A DNA stretch of 64,000 nt, taken from Candidatus Ozemobacteraceae bacterium. GTDB lineage: Bacteria > Muiribacteriota > Ozemobacteria > Ozemobacterales > Ozemobacteraceae. A program made the position numbers and the translations under genes. Below the pieces are notes generated by a model. It saw only the letters and a program-made list of their open reading frames with translations, made no database searches and was not told the origin of the DNA. This document shows, one piece after another, positions 1 to 10,820 of this stretch (position 1 is its first letter; every line of letters starts with the position of its first letter). The stretch spans positions 4,896,001 through 4,960,000 of the forward strand of contig OZ223236.1 of the NCBI GenBank assembly GCA_965140445.1. The letters are read 5' to 3'.

Positions 1-936
1 GTTTACTTCAACTTTGACATTTGAAAAAATCTTGTTCCAGCTAGCCTGATAAAAGGTAAAATCCCCATAAGTGAAGGGTTGATTAACTTTGATCTCAACT
101 GGAACGGTTTCTGTCGCACCATCAATAACGGAAACCTTTGAAATCCAGCTTTTAATACCAGTAATCTCTCCCCGATCATCCTTGTGATAATCAATAGACA
201 ATTTTTTAAAAGCCAGCTTCATTGCAGGGCTGGCTAACCCCTGTGCATAAATCTTGTGTAGCTTCTCGACCTGCTCCCGTAACTTATCCAATTCTGGATT
301 ATTTGGATTTGCAGCCCGTAAATTTCTCGCTTCGCGACTAATTCTATCAGCTTCTTTTCCTGCCCTGAGAGCTTCAACAGGTGCAATGACAGACTTTTCG
401 CCAACTCTGCCCCTTACAGCCATTTCAACGCTATAAAAAACACCTATCAATCCACCAGCAAGAATGGCCAGAAAACCTATATGAATTAGAGCGCCTCCAA
501 GGTGATAAGCCTTTCCCCTAACTCTCAGGCCAATATATTCATTTTCTCGTTTTTCTTCAACTTCAAAGCTTTCAGAGAGCTCTTCAAGCTCTTTTCCAGA
601 AACAATTTTATTAATTGGCATTGCCTTAACTTCTTTAGAAGTTACGCGGGCAAGTCTCTCGAAGTATCTTCTGTATGTTAGTTTGGCCCTGGTAACTGTG
701 CAAAATAATGTGGAAATTGAAAGTAGCCAAAGAGAAACTATAAAAAGCTTGCCGTGATACATGTCATCAAAACCCAAGGCAAGAATCCAATGCCCAAACT
801 TGGGAAATGCTTTAAGATAATCTACCGCATCGAGCTGTTGAGGCACGAAGGTTCCAATCATTGAAAGTACGGCAAGAAAGCTTATCAGCAACACCGCTGT
901 TTTTAAAGAAATTAGTAATCTTAATATTGTTCGCAT
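1..936 (-). CDS. resB: Cytochrome c biogenesis protein ResB/Ccs1 (3' end runs off the window)
   Basis: Not in the ORF track. Hand translation from ATG 936 gives MRTILRLLISLKTAVLLISFLAVLSMIGTFVPQ...GFDDMYH...LIHIGFLAILAGG...IKVNQPFTYGDFTFYQASW, open to base 1. These are typical ResB motifs. Confidence 0.85.
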   Translation of the reverse strand, partial: MRTILRLLISLKTAVLLISFLAVLSMIGTFVPQQLDAVDYLKAFPKFGHWILALGFDDMYHGKLFIVSLWLLSISTLFCTVTRAKLTYRRYFERLARVTSKEVKAMPINKIVSGKELEELSESFEVEEKRENEYIGLRVRGKAYHLGGALIHIGFLAILAGGLIGVFYSVEMAVRGRVGEKSVIAPVEALRAGKEADRISREARNLRAANPNNPELDKLREQVEKLHKIYAQGLASPAMKLAFKKLSIDYHKDDRGEITGIKSWISKVSVIDGATETVPVEIKVNQPFTYGDFTFYQASWNKIFSNVKVEVN

Positions 937-999
937 ACCAGCGATTATAGGCTATTTAAAATGGGAATTCAAGACAGTAAAATTATGCACAGGACTTTG

Positions 1000-3993
1000 T
1001 TAATTTTGCTTCGAATCATAATCCAACACTACCATAGTGACATCATCTCCCCACGGGACTCCTTTGGAATAAGCTCTTAGACTCTCCTGGATTTTTTCAA
1101 TAAACTCCTTAGCAGTAAAATCCATGGCCAGAGATGAAATCAAACTTTCAAGTCTTTCATAGCCAAAAAATTCACCCTCAGGGTTCATGGCTTCAACAAA
1201 GCCGTCAGAAAACATTACCAAACGACATCTATCTGGCAAAACCAGTTCATCAAATTTGACCTTCCGTTTTTTAGCTGCTCCCAAAGGGTAACCAACCTGT
1301 TTTAAAGACTCCACATGCCCGTCAGGTAAAACCAGGAAAGGAAAAGATTGACCAAAATTAGTGTAAATAAGAGTCCCTTTTTCTGTTACGAAGCCACCAA
1401 AACAAGTCATCATCTTTACTCTACGTAAATGATCAAGCATTAAATGATTCATTTCTGCAAAAATCTCGTGGGGAAGATATAGCCCAGAATCAACCAATGC
1501 CCCAAAAGCAGCCTTCGCCATAGATACAACCAAAGCAGCAGAAACAGAATGTCCAGACACATCTCCCATTAGAAAAGTTAACTCTTTTTCGCCGCGAGGA
1601 AATGCATCAAAGTAATCTCCTCCAACCTCATCAGCTGGGATAGTATTTCCATAGAATGAAACACTCCCATTTTTAATAATATCCGTAGGCAAAATATGTT
1701 TTTGCACAATATTGGCGACTTCAAGCTCTTTCATGCCTTCTAGAGCAGAATTGAAAGCCTCTCCAAGCTGCTCCCATTCATCTGCCGTATGAATTTCAAT
1801 TCGGTGGCTATGATCCTTTCTTTCCATGGCAAAAATCCCAGACAAAACTGCTCTAGAAGGGCAAATAACTCCCTCTGAAATTCTCCAGAAAAAGAATAAA
1901 ATCAGAACCAAAAATAGCAGATTTCCAATTATCAAGCTTCTTTTTAATCCTTCAATTTCTTTATAGGCAAATTTTAGTGGCACAGCTGCAATTAATATGT
2001 AATCAGAAAGTTGGCTTGCCGCATAGGCAACGATGAGATTTTCCTCACCATTAATTCTGGAAATTTCAGAATGAATTTTTCTTGGAGGTTTCATTAATTT
2101 AAAGATTCGTTCGAATCTTTTCCAACCATCCATATAAGGAAAGTTAAATCTAAAAACCTTGTCTGAAAGAGCAAAAAAGGAAACAGACTCAGGCCATTTA
2201 TCTCTTTTTTGAAAGATTTTTTTCAAAACTACACTTTCAAGATTCAAAACCGGAATATAAAGAATTGTTGAAAGCAAGGCTTTCCCTGAACGATCTCTAA
2301 TAACATCTACAAAGCTTAAAGACTTGTTATCTGAAAGTCCAAAGGCAACATAATCTCCAAGGTTGTGACTCATATTTAGTATCGGATTGTTGTCTCCTTG
2401 TTCCATAAATGAACCGAGAACCATAGACGAAAGGTCTTTTTTCTCCTGAGCCTTTGCGAAACCGTGCTTTCTATTGTATGCGCCAATAAGATCGTTTCCA
2501 GCTACCTTTCCAAGACTGGCCATAGTCTTTTGCCCCTGAGGCGGGCTAAGAGATAGAAATTTGTGGAGATCAAAATTCTTATAGTTTGTTCTATATACGT
2601 ATTGAGCCTCTAAATCAAAAGGCACCCATCCGCGATTGAAATAATCATCAAGAATACGCCTTTTCGCGCTTTCTTCATAAAAAACCAAACTCCTGGTCAT
2701 ATAATTACTACTCGAAAATGGCCTTAAAAACTTCCCTTCTTGGTTAATTAGCAGACAGGTGTCAAATTCACCATCAATTTCCATTTCTACTGTCTTATCA
2801 ATAAACGTTTGCAGGTTTTCGATTTTCCCATCAAGCTGCTTTACAAGATTATGAAAAGAAAATAACTTTTCCCTTAAATGGGCATTATAACTAGAATCAA
2901 GTTGAATTAAACTCTGTTCCAGAAGTTTGAACCATTTAATTTTAGCAGTCTCTCGCTGTGTTTCCTCAAAGTGAACCCAATAAAAGGTAGAAACTCCTGC
3001 AGGCATGACAACGCTTAAACCGCCAACCAACATTACAATCCATGGAATGGACAACCCTTCACCATTATCTTTAAAGTAGATTTTCAGCAAAAGCGGAAGC
3101 CAGAAAAAAGGCAAAGCCAGATACAAAAACGGGATTGGCAAAAAGACTTCTGGAACCTCACAAAAAATAATTCTCCCATCGGGCTTTGAATTAAAAGCAT
3201 ACCTCTTGCCCTCAAACCAGAACTCTCGATTTGCTACCTTTAACTGGAGCTCTTCAAAAGCTTTTCTGATTTTTTTCATCACCGAATTACTTCCCTTTAG
3301 CCCAACAGACATTTCAGGATTAAAATAATCGATAAAACCAAACTTTCTTCCCTGCATAAACTGATTTCTTATAAACCACTTTGCCATGTATTTTTGGTTA
3401 AAGGCTTTTTCATGAAAGAGAATTAAAACCGCATCTACATTTCCTTTTGTAGGCTTTTGGGTCTTGTACCAAGCCCCAAAAGTATTTATCGGAGTTCTAC
3501 TTAGTCTATAAACCTTTCCTGGCCGACCTTCCATAAACTCAAAACCAACTCCGCCTTTTAAGAGCTTAACAATCCTGCCATGATCTTTCCCAATGGTTCT
3601 GGAAATATCTTCCAAATCGCGATCTAAACTTCTTATAAAAAAATTCCACTCTTCTTTCTTATCTTCTGAAGAATTAATAACTTTGAAATTTGAATACAGC
3701 TTCACTTGAACAGAGTCTTTTCCTGCCATCAATGAGTCCTTCCAATTCTTTACCAATCTGGAAGCCTCATTAATTGGTTTTCCAGATAATTGTGCAAAAA
3801 GATTATCTGAAAATTCGTTTAAAACAGGTTTAACATCAAACTTTGTTTGAAGTTGATTCAAAAGTCTAAAACAAAAATCTGCACGCTTCTTTTGTGCTGC
3901 ATTCAAATTATTTTTATGAATTATAAATGCAAAGTAGCCATTAATTGAAAACATCAAAACGATTAATATGAAAATTACATTTTTAGCTTTCAT
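1000..3993 (-). CDS. Membrane-anchored HAMP + SpoIIE/PP2C-family Ser/Thr phosphatase
   Basis: Several TM segments, HAMP (DEWEQLGEAFN), PP2C motifs GGDYFD, GDVSGHS, FSDG, DDVT. Confidence 0.9.
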   Translation of the reverse strand: MKAKNVIFILIVLMFSINGYFAFIIHKNNLNAAQKKRADFCFRLLNQLQTKFDVKPVLNEFSDNLFAQLSGKPINEASRLVKNWKDSLMAGKDSVQVKLYSNFKVINSSEDKKEEWNFFIRSLDRDLEDISRTIGKDHGRIVKLLKGGVGFEFMEGRPGKVYRLSRTPINTFGAWYKTQKPTKGNVDAVLILFHEKAFNQKYMAKWFIRNQFMQGRKFGFIDYFNPEMSVGLKGSNSVMKKIRKAFEELQLKVANREFWFEGKRYAFNSKPDGRIIFCEVPEVFLPIPFLYLALPFFWLPLLLKIYFKDNGEGLSIPWIVMLVGGLSVVMPAGVSTFYWVHFEETQRETAKIKWFKLLEQSLIQLDSSYNAHLREKLFSFHNLVKQLDGKIENLQTFIDKTVEMEIDGEFDTCLLINQEGKFLRPFSSSNYMTRSLVFYEESAKRRILDDYFNRGWVPFDLEAQYVYRTNYKNFDLHKFLSLSPPQGQKTMASLGKVAGNDLIGAYNRKHGFAKAQEKKDLSSMVLGSFMEQGDNNPILNMSHNLGDYVAFGLSDNKSLSFVDVIRDRSGKALLSTILYIPVLNLESVVLKKIFQKRDKWPESVSFFALSDKVFRFNFPYMDGWKRFERIFKLMKPPRKIHSEISRINGEENLIVAYAASQLSDYILIAAVPLKFAYKEIEGLKRSLIIGNLLFLVLILFFFWRISEGVICPSRAVLSGIFAMERKDHSHRIEIHTADEWEQLGEAFNSALEGMKELEVANIVQKHILPTDIIKNGSVSFYGNTIPADEVGGDYFDAFPRGEKELTFLMGDVSGHSVSAALVVSMAKAAFGALVDSGLYLPHEIFAEMNHLMLDHLRRVKMMTCFGGFVTEKGTLIYTNFGQSFPFLVLPDGHVESLKQVGYPLGAAKKRKVKFDELVLPDRCRLVMFSDGFVEAMNPEGEFFGYERLESLISSLAMDFTAKEFIEKIQESLRAYSKGVPWGDDVTMVVLDYDSKQN

Positions 3994-6910
3994 TAGGAGT
4001 CTCCTGGCTAACTGATGCGATGTTTAAAACAACTACAGTCTGATCATCTATCTTGTTGCCATTATCCCATTTAAAAGTTTGCGCAAAAATGTATTCCATT
4101 GCCTGGCCTGCATTTAAACCTATAGTTTCACTACAAATTTGAATAAAACGATCATAGCCAAGAATTTCATCATTGTAGTTAGGAGTCTCAACAAGTCCAT
4201 CTGTATACAAGACTAGATTCCCGCCTTCAGACAAGTCCAAAACCGCATTTTTTGGCTGGAACTTCTTTCTCACGCCTAATGGCATACCAGGTAACTTCAA
4301 AAAATCAGCATTTCCATTCGCGTCGACAAAAATAGGATAGCTTTGTCCAGCAGACGCATATTCAATTTTCCTGTTCACTGGATCAAAAATCCCAACCCAG
4401 CATGTCATAGGAAGCTTTCTGACTCCCTGCTCAAAATGCAGCCTGTTAATTTCTCCTAAAATTCTCGACGGATCTTCAGTATCTCTAGATTTGAGAGCCA
4501 TCCAGACTTTTGTTGAGGCCTGAACCATGGCCGAGGCTACACCATGCCCCGAAACATCTCCAACTGTTATAAGAATTTTCCCCGAATCCAGCTCAAACCA
4601 CTCAAAATGGTCGCCGCCAAGATCTGTCGCCGTTTTGCAAACACCTTCCAGACTCCACCCCTCGCCTCTCAAACCGTTTTCAGGCCACAATTGTTCCTGA
4701 ACAGACTTTGCTACTTTGAGTTCCTGGAATTTCTCAAGAGTCATGTTCAAACTTTTATTGACCAGGGAAAATTCAGCAACAGGCGAAAAAGGTGCTCGAA
4801 CCCGAAAATCTCCAGAAGAAATTGAAGCAAGAATGTTTCTAAGCTCTGACACCGGCTTTAGGAGTAGCGATGAAGTTAACCACCCCGAAAAAACAGCAAT
4901 AAAAAGAATCATTGCTGAAAGCATAAAAAGCCTTTTATTCAAGGAATCAATCTTTTTGCGTATTATTTGATACGGTCGGGCCATGATAAGAACATAGCCA
5001 TCAACATTTTTTCCCAACATGCCACTCAAAAGATATTTTTTCCCTGAAATTTCTTCAATTTCATGTCTGGGAAGCCCTGATGACATAATCAGCTCCGCCA
5101 GCCTTTTCAACCTTTCATTTTCTCCAGTTTTTCGTTTTGGGAAAGCGGGCCATCTCGCAGAAGACTCGACCGGAATAGCCGCCAACCTTGTTTTATCAAT
5201 TCTTTTATCCTTATCAATAGATTTGCTTAGATTTAATAAATAATTCCGCTGACAGCCTTCTCTTGAATGAAAAGCCATTAATAAACCACGAGTGTCCAAA
5301 CTAGAATCGAATAATACGCCGCAATATGTTGGAATAATACTGCTGAGAAGTGAAAAATCGTCCATTCCACCACTGTTTACAAGAAAGTTTCTGGCAAAAG
5401 TACGACTTGTATTAGTTATAACATTGCGCAAAGAAACCCCGCCCTCAATGCTTTCTTCTGTATATTCACCTCTGTATGACTTTAATAAGCTCTCACAATA
5501 AATTTTTTGAGCACCAACTTTTGAGTCCTCAACCGCTTCTAGTTTAATTGTTTGCCCAGGCTCATAATAATAATCAAGCTTGCCTGACTTGCCTACGATT
5601 AAGGCCCTCATTAGAAGACTTTCATCTTTCTTGAAAATGCGGTCAAAATCCTTCAGATAATTAGGGTATTCTACTTCAGTTACATGACGCCCTTCTTCAA
5701 TTTTCTTTTTGTAAGTATCGATGATTTTGGAATACTCAAATCCCATTCCTTCATCGATTCTAGTTAACTCAGCAAGATTTGCATTTTGATATTTCTCTAC
5801 AAGAATCTTCTCCTGGTCATCTCTATCGATTATCCCCGTCATAATAAGAATGGAAATTGGCACAGCCGCTCCGAAAAGAAAAAGAGGAGTAAGCTTAGCT
5901 CTCAAACCAAGTTTTAAGTTTATTCCACCAGAAAAATACCCTGATAAAACAACCAAAGCAATAAGCCCAAATATCCACACAGCAGATTTAAGGCCATTTA
6001 AAAGATGACTTTCATCGATAGACTGCAAAGACAGAGCAAAAACCTGCATTCCAGACTCTGTTATATCTCTAAGTCCGTATTTTTGGCCAAGCTTAAAGCT
6101 TTTTTCAGTAACTTTACAGGATTCAATGACATTTCTTAGCTCATCCCCATTGGGAATATTTTTGGGAAAAATTTTGCTCTGAAAATAAGGATCGATCCAT
6201 CCAAATGTAAAATTGCGACCGTAAATTGAATTGGCCCAGGCTACTGAATCCCTTAAAAGGCTAATCTTATTAACCCCAGTATTTTTAATAAATACGATTA
6301 AATGGCCATCAAAGACATCATCCTTTGTTTTAAGCTTAAACCAGCCCCCCCAGAATCTTTCATTTGAGCCAGTCAGTTTGATAATTTTATTGGGTTTCTG
6401 ATGAAAACTAATATGGGCGGTAGAATAACCAGAAAATCTCTTAAGCCATTTTTCACTGACTTTTGACTTTTGTCCCTCTATTACAGCTTTAAGAAATTTG
6501 TTTGCAACAAATTTAGTTGGCTTTGGTAAGAACTCAATTTCCTCGCACTTGCCTTGTGACGAAAATCGATAAACTTCCAAAGCTTTCGGGAATTCTTCAC
6601 AAACTTGTTTGAGCTTAATCCAAAAAGCTTTCTGATCAGTCCCAATCTCAGTCAAACTGGAAAAAATGGAATCAAACCGTCTTACCGGATCAGCCTTGGA
6701 AGAAAGCTCACTCAGAATTTCTTCCATCTTTAGATTTTGCTGGAAAACTTTTTCTTGATAATGTCTTTTTAAACTAAAATCAATTATTCCAAGAATCAAT
6801 AATGAAGGGACCAGAATATATCCAAAAAGCTTTAATAAAAAGAGGAAAACAAACCTCAAAGAAAAACGATGCTTTCCAAATTCACTATTGCTGGAGATAA
6901 AACTGGCCAT
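3983..6910 (-). CDS. Membrane-anchored HAMP + SpoIIE/PP2C-family phosphatase (paralog)
   Basis: TM segments, HAMP-like region, motifs GGDHFE, GDVSGHG, YTDG, DDQT. Overlaps the downstream paralog by 11 bp. Confidence 0.9.
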   Translation of the reverse strand: MASFISSNSEFGKHRFSLRFVFLFLLKLFGYILVPSLLILGIIDFSLKRHYQEKVFQQNLKMEEILSELSSKADPVRRFDSIFSSLTEIGTDQKAFWIKLKQVCEEFPKALEVYRFSSQGKCEEIEFLPKPTKFVANKFLKAVIEGQKSKVSEKWLKRFSGYSTAHISFHQKPNKIIKLTGSNERFWGGWFKLKTKDDVFDGHLIVFIKNTGVNKISLLRDSVAWANSIYGRNFTFGWIDPYFQSKIFPKNIPNGDELRNVIESCKVTEKSFKLGQKYGLRDITESGMQVFALSLQSIDESHLLNGLKSAVWIFGLIALVVLSGYFSGGINLKLGLRAKLTPLFLFGAAVPISILIMTGIIDRDDQEKILVEKYQNANLAELTRIDEGMGFEYSKIIDTYKKKIEEGRHVTEVEYPNYLKDFDRIFKKDESLLMRALIVGKSGKLDYYYEPGQTIKLEAVEDSKVGAQKIYCESLLKSYRGEYTEESIEGGVSLRNVITNTSRTFARNFLVNSGGMDDFSLLSSIIPTYCGVLFDSSLDTRGLLMAFHSREGCQRNYLLNLSKSIDKDKRIDKTRLAAIPVESSARWPAFPKRKTGENERLKRLAELIMSSGLPRHEIEEISGKKYLLSGMLGKNVDGYVLIMARPYQIIRKKIDSLNKRLFMLSAMILFIAVFSGWLTSSLLLKPVSELRNILASISSGDFRVRAPFSPVAEFSLVNKSLNMTLEKFQELKVAKSVQEQLWPENGLRGEGWSLEGVCKTATDLGGDHFEWFELDSGKILITVGDVSGHGVASAMVQASTKVWMALKSRDTEDPSRILGEINRLHFEQGVRKLPMTCWVGIFDPVNRKIEYASAGQSYPIFVDANGNADFLKLPGMPLGVRKKFQPKNAVLDLSEGGNLVLYTDGLVETPNYNDEILGYDRFIQICSETIGLNAGQAMEYIFAQTFKWDNGNKIDDQTVVVLNIASVSQETPNES

Positions 6911-6946
6911 TTTCCCCCTATTAGTGCAATTTTAATTTAAACTTTT

Positions 6947-8410
6947 CTAGTAAAACCTTAAAACAAGAGGTTGATCATAATTGGTGCGCAAGAAAACAGC
7001 TTCAGTGGCTTCAACAATTGGTTGTCTGCGGCTACTAAATGCACTTACCGATTCATTAAAGAGTTTCTCAACTCTCAAAACCTTTCCTTTAATCTCAACA
7101 TCTGCTTTACCAGCGATTCTAGGATCGTCTGGCAACTTTTCAGGAAAAATAACCTCAAAACAGTAATCCATTTCAAAATCGGGATTTGCCTGATTATTGC
7201 TATTTACAAAAATAATTTTTCGGCCCTTTTTAGTAGTGACATACTCAATCTGACCCTTCCACTCCACGGCTTGTCCGAGATATGGCTTTGGATTTTTGCT
7301 TACGTCGTAAACTCCAATATTTTTATTGATATAAGATGATTGCCGAACTTCTTTTCTCTCAGAATCTACTTTTTCCTGCGCTCTTTTTTTACTGATCCAG
7401 AAGCGACTGGCATTTAGCATTTCATCAATTTGCTGATTTTGTTCAGGGGTTAAATTGCCATAATTTCTAGCCAGCGACAAGAAGGATTCGGCTTGATCAT
7501 AATCACCGTTCTGATAAAAATATGATCCCCTTGAAAAATATTTATAGCTAACTTTTGAAGCAAGAAAAGTAAGTTTATTTTCAGCCTCTTTTAATGATGG
7601 GTTCAATTCTAAACATTTTCTGAACTGAAAAATAGCATCTTCAATCTTTTCTTGAGACTCATAAGCTTCACCAAGTGCGAATACTGCTTTTACCATTTTA
7701 GGATTAAACTTAAGAGCAGCTCTAAAATTATCTTCAGCCGCTATTCCCTGACCGGTTTTAAGATTTATAAGTCCAATAGCATAAAAAACTTCCGGGTCTG
7801 TTGGAGTTAGGTCTCTGGCTCTACCATAACTCTTGGCAGCAGCGGAATATTGCCCTTGCCTGAAATACAAAAATCCTAATAGCTTAAACAATCCTGCGTC
7901 ATCAGGCTTCTCTCTTGCCGCCTGTTCAAGTGACCTAAGGGCTTCCGCAGTTCTTCCCTGTTGAAGGAGCTGTCTTCCGCGTTTTTCTGCCTCGTCACCC
8001 GAAATACTTTCAGTGGGCAGATTTGAGACATTTTCACGCCCTTGTAATTTTAGTTGAGTTCTAACATCTGATTCCAGACTTTTTTTAATCGCTGCAAGTT
8101 CACGTTGAGCAGCCAAATATCCCGAGTCCAGTTTTACAGCAATCTGAAACTCAATTAAAGCCTCTTTTATGAATCCTTGAGCTTTATAAACCCGGCCAAG
8201 ATTATAATGAGCTTCCGGGCTTTTGGGGTCTCGCTCCAAAGCTGTCTTAAACTCTCTATAAGCCTCAAGATAACGTTTCTTGTAAAAGTGGTTCAAACCA
8301 ACGTCAATATGGAATTTTGCTGTTCCAGCCCAACCTGCAGCTGCAGTCAGGATAAAAATCAAAAGTACCCCTGATTTTGAAAAAATTCCGCTTTTCATTA
8401 GTGACCTCAT
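6947..8410 (-). CDS. Exported tetratricopeptide repeat protein with C-terminal beta-rich domain
   Basis: Signal peptide (LLIFILTAAAGWA) and multiple TPRs (AHYNLGRVY, VFYAIGLI, AVFALGEAY). Start uncertain (8443/8410/8398). Confidence 0.8.
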   Translation of the reverse strand: MRSLMKSGIFSKSGVLLIFILTAAAGWAGTAKFHIDVGLNHFYKKRYLEAYREFKTALERDPKSPEAHYNLGRVYKAQGFIKEALIEFQIAVKLDSGYLAAQRELAAIKKSLESDVRTQLKLQGRENVSNLPTESISGDEAEKRGRQLLQQGRTAEALRSLEQAAREKPDDAGLFKLLGFLYFRQGQYSAAAKSYGRARDLTPTDPEVFYAIGLINLKTGQGIAAEDNFRAALKFNPKMVKAVFALGEAYESQEKIEDAIFQFRKCLELNPSLKEAENKLTFLASKVSYKYFSRGSYFYQNGDYDQAESFLSLARNYGNLTPEQNQQIDEMLNASRFWISKKRAQEKVDSERKEVRQSSYINKNIGVYDVSKNPKPYLGQAVEWKGQIEYVTTKKGRKIIFVNSNNQANPDFEMDYCFEVIFPEKLPDDPRIAGKADVEIKGKVLRVEKLFNESVSAFSSRRQPIVEATEAVFLRTNYDQPLVLRFY

Positions 8411-8484
8411 TCCGTTGTCTATTATTTCATCTAGATGATACAAGATATTTAGCTAGCAATTCAATATTATTACACAATCCAGAC

Positions 8485-8510
8485 AAAAAAAAAGCCCGAA
8501 AACGGGCTTT
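8485..8510 (-). terminator. Intrinsic terminator after TadG-like gene
   Basis: AAAGCCCG-AAAA-CGGGCTTT hairpin followed by a U-run on the minus strand. Confidence 0.7.
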
Positions 8511-8527
8511 ATAAAAAGCGAGAGTTG

Positions 8528-9660
8528 TTAATTTAAAGCGACTTCTCCCGGTTTAACTACGTATGAAATAAATTTTCCACGCACCTGACCTGATCTGTCA
8601 TACCCCAAATCACCGTAGTCACCGGTATTTAAATCCCCACCAGATCTTGTGAAATCTTCTGGAGCCAAAATTTCAAATTCCGCAAATCCAATTATTCTTA
8701 CTGCAGAACCAAAATCATAATCCGCAGAATCGTATACTCCATCAGCCTGATCGTTACCCTGAATGTCATAAATAGTTTTTGCATCAGCATTTCTCGGGTT
8801 ATTTATCGCAACCTCTTCTCCAACATCAGTAATTGGGACTACTATTCTTCTTCTTGGTGTTAAGCTTTCTATCCTGAATTCAACGCCATCATCTGTTGGT
8901 CCGACCATATTCCCGTATTCTGGAATAATACGGTCATTAATTTGTAAAGATCCGCTAAAACCATATTTCAGACGATTTTCATAGTCTTTAGCCCCACCGC
9001 CAATAACATTATCTGGATCTACAGTTCCATAGCAGTTTTTCTTAAATCCTGAATAATACTTATCAAGATCATTACCATTTCCTTCACCAAGCTTGAGAAT
9101 GTATTCCTCTCCAGTTTTAAAACCTTCTCCGGAGAGAAACAAATCAACCTTATACTCGTGTTGTGAAAGGTCTTTTACAACTCCGTGTGGAATTGCTAAA
9201 GGCACAATACCTGAGAGGTCAAAACCAGAGCTGCCTTCTCTTTCGGAACTAACTTATGCGGTTTGAAAATTTAAAATTTTGGCAAAAAACAACCCCACTT
9301 CTTTTTTTGCGTACACTTTGAGTTGAAGTCCATCTCCAAAATCAATTGATATGTCTTTTAAATCTCCTTCTTTAAAGCCATTTGCATCAAAAATTTCTTT
9401 TATATGACTCTTAATCAAGGATTGGTCACCGTCATCTAAAGGTCCAGAATTCTTGAAAGATGTCATCATCATTCTGTCAAAACCAGCTTTCCAGGCGGCA
9501 TTAACCGCAGTCTGGAGGCGGGCATGATTAAAATACATCCATCCAACGTCAGTAACAAGAGCGCTTAGTCCTAAAAACAATACAGCGCCAACTGCAACCA
9601 TTAAAAGGATTCCACCGTGTCTTTTACTCTTAAACTTCTATTAAACAAATGCTTCATCAT
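8528..9660 (-). pseudogene. TadG/TadE-like Flp pilus-associated protein, disrupted
   Basis: GGAGG + ATG at 9660 is out of frame with KRHGGILLMVAVG...LVTDVGWMY...RLQTAVNAA (Tad N-terminal motif). ORFs 9254-9601 and 8528-9205 are in one frame, separated by a single TAA at 9254-9256. Confidence 0.75.
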
Positions 9661-9721
9661 GCCAACCTCCTACGCGACTTTGTGGCAAGATCTAGTTCCC
9701 ACTTTTCTCTAAATCTATTAG

Positions 9722-9737
9722 AGCAATAACTATGCCA
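9722..9737 (-). promoter_or_regulatory. Sigma54 (-24/-12) promoter of TadG-like gene
   Basis: Minus strand TGGCATAGTTATTGCT fits GG-N10-GC and the TGGCA...TTGC consensus, about 60 bp upstream of the start. Confidence 0.7.
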
Positions 9738-9853
9738 TGAAAAAACCACTTCAATTTCATCTGTTAGAGCGGGTTTAGCGCGTTCTAAAAATCACTGCAA
9801 AAAAACAACAAAGGAAATATTCCCCACTTATAAAAAGTTTTTCCCTTTTTTGC

Positions 9854-9884
9854 AAAAAAAAGACTCAGACAGATGCCTGAGTCT
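9854..9884 (-). terminator. Intrinsic terminator after MBL hydrolase
   Basis: AGACTCAG-N8-CTGAGTCT hairpin plus U-run on the minus strand. Confidence 0.7.
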
Positions 9885-9916
9885 GACAAAAAGATTAGCC
9901 AGGTTGGTTATAAATC

Positions 9917-10738
9917 TTACGCAGCCTTTGTGATCGGCTTTTTCACTTCTTTTTCCGCTTCAATAGTTAGAATCTGTCCTTTTTGAGCAAATCCTAAGAA
10001 TCCGTCTTTTTTACTGTCTTGAGGCGGATTTGGTTGATAGTGATAAAGCCACATTTTGTTTTTGATACTTTCAGGAAGTCCATTTAAGTCATCATAATGG
10101 GCATGAACTCCAGATTTAAAAGGGGCAGTTTCGCAATCATGCAATATGAGGTCTGATGTTTCATAAAATCTTCTCATTTGATAGGGGGCAAATTGAGTAT
10201 CAGTAGAGAAAAAGACTGTTTTCTTTGAGCCAAGTTCATTGATTATCAGACCATAGCTGTGCTGTATCTTCATGCCACTTACAACGTGAACAGTCTGAAC
10301 TGGAGTGAATTTTATTCCTTCCCAGATGAAGGATGAGTTAATTCTTACCGGGTGGCACTCGAAGTAGTCAGTTAGATTTGCCAGCTTCCCTTCAAGAGTT
10401 TCAAGACCACCTCTAAGACTTCGATTCCACAGATCAGCCATAAGTGACTGAATCCCGAACAGTTTTGGTCTTTTGAATCCTGGATTGAAGTAGGTTACGA
10501 GAGCTAACCACTCCATTGAACCTATATGATCTGCATGAAGGTGAGAAATGTAAACTCCGTCTATTTCATTTCCAATATTAGAATTGTTAATTCCAAGCTC
10601 TTCTAGAGCGAACTGTGCATGAGTTCCGCAGTCGATCAGCAGCTTTTTCCCGGTTGATGAGATTACAAGAGCATTTGACTGGTAGTAGTCGCGTGTAGTG
10701 AAGGCGCTTCCGACACCAATGAATTGAATTTTATACAT
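9917..10738 (-). CDS. MBL-fold metallo-hydrolase (RNase Z / phosphodiesterase-like)
   Basis: GVGSAF, LLIDCG, SHLHADH (HxHxDH), STDT, HDCE, GVHAH, LYHY. RBS AAGGAG. Confidence 0.9.
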   Translation of the reverse strand: MYKIQFIGVGSAFTTRDYYQSNALVISSTGKKLLIDCGTHAQFALEELGINNSNIGNEIDGVYISHLHADHIGSMEWLALVTYFNPGFKRPKLFGIQSLMADLWNRSLRGGLETLEGKLANLTDYFECHPVRINSSFIWEGIKFTPVQTVHVVSGMKIQHSYGLIINELGSKKTVFFSTDTQFAPYQMRRFYETSDLILHDCETAPFKSGVHAHYDDLNGLPESIKNKMWLYHYQPNPPQDSKKDGFLGFAQKGQILTIEAEKEVKKPITKAA

Positions 10739-10820
10739 GATGGACTCCTTTCATTTTCGCATAAAGCAAATAGAACCAATTGAAGAAAGCCAAAAAAGCA
10801 ATCTCCTGAAACAATGGAAG

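Noticed and set aside
3..436. Short ORFs 3-194 and 254-436
   Set aside because: Off-frame or antisense to the ResB frame, which is open from 936 to the window edge.
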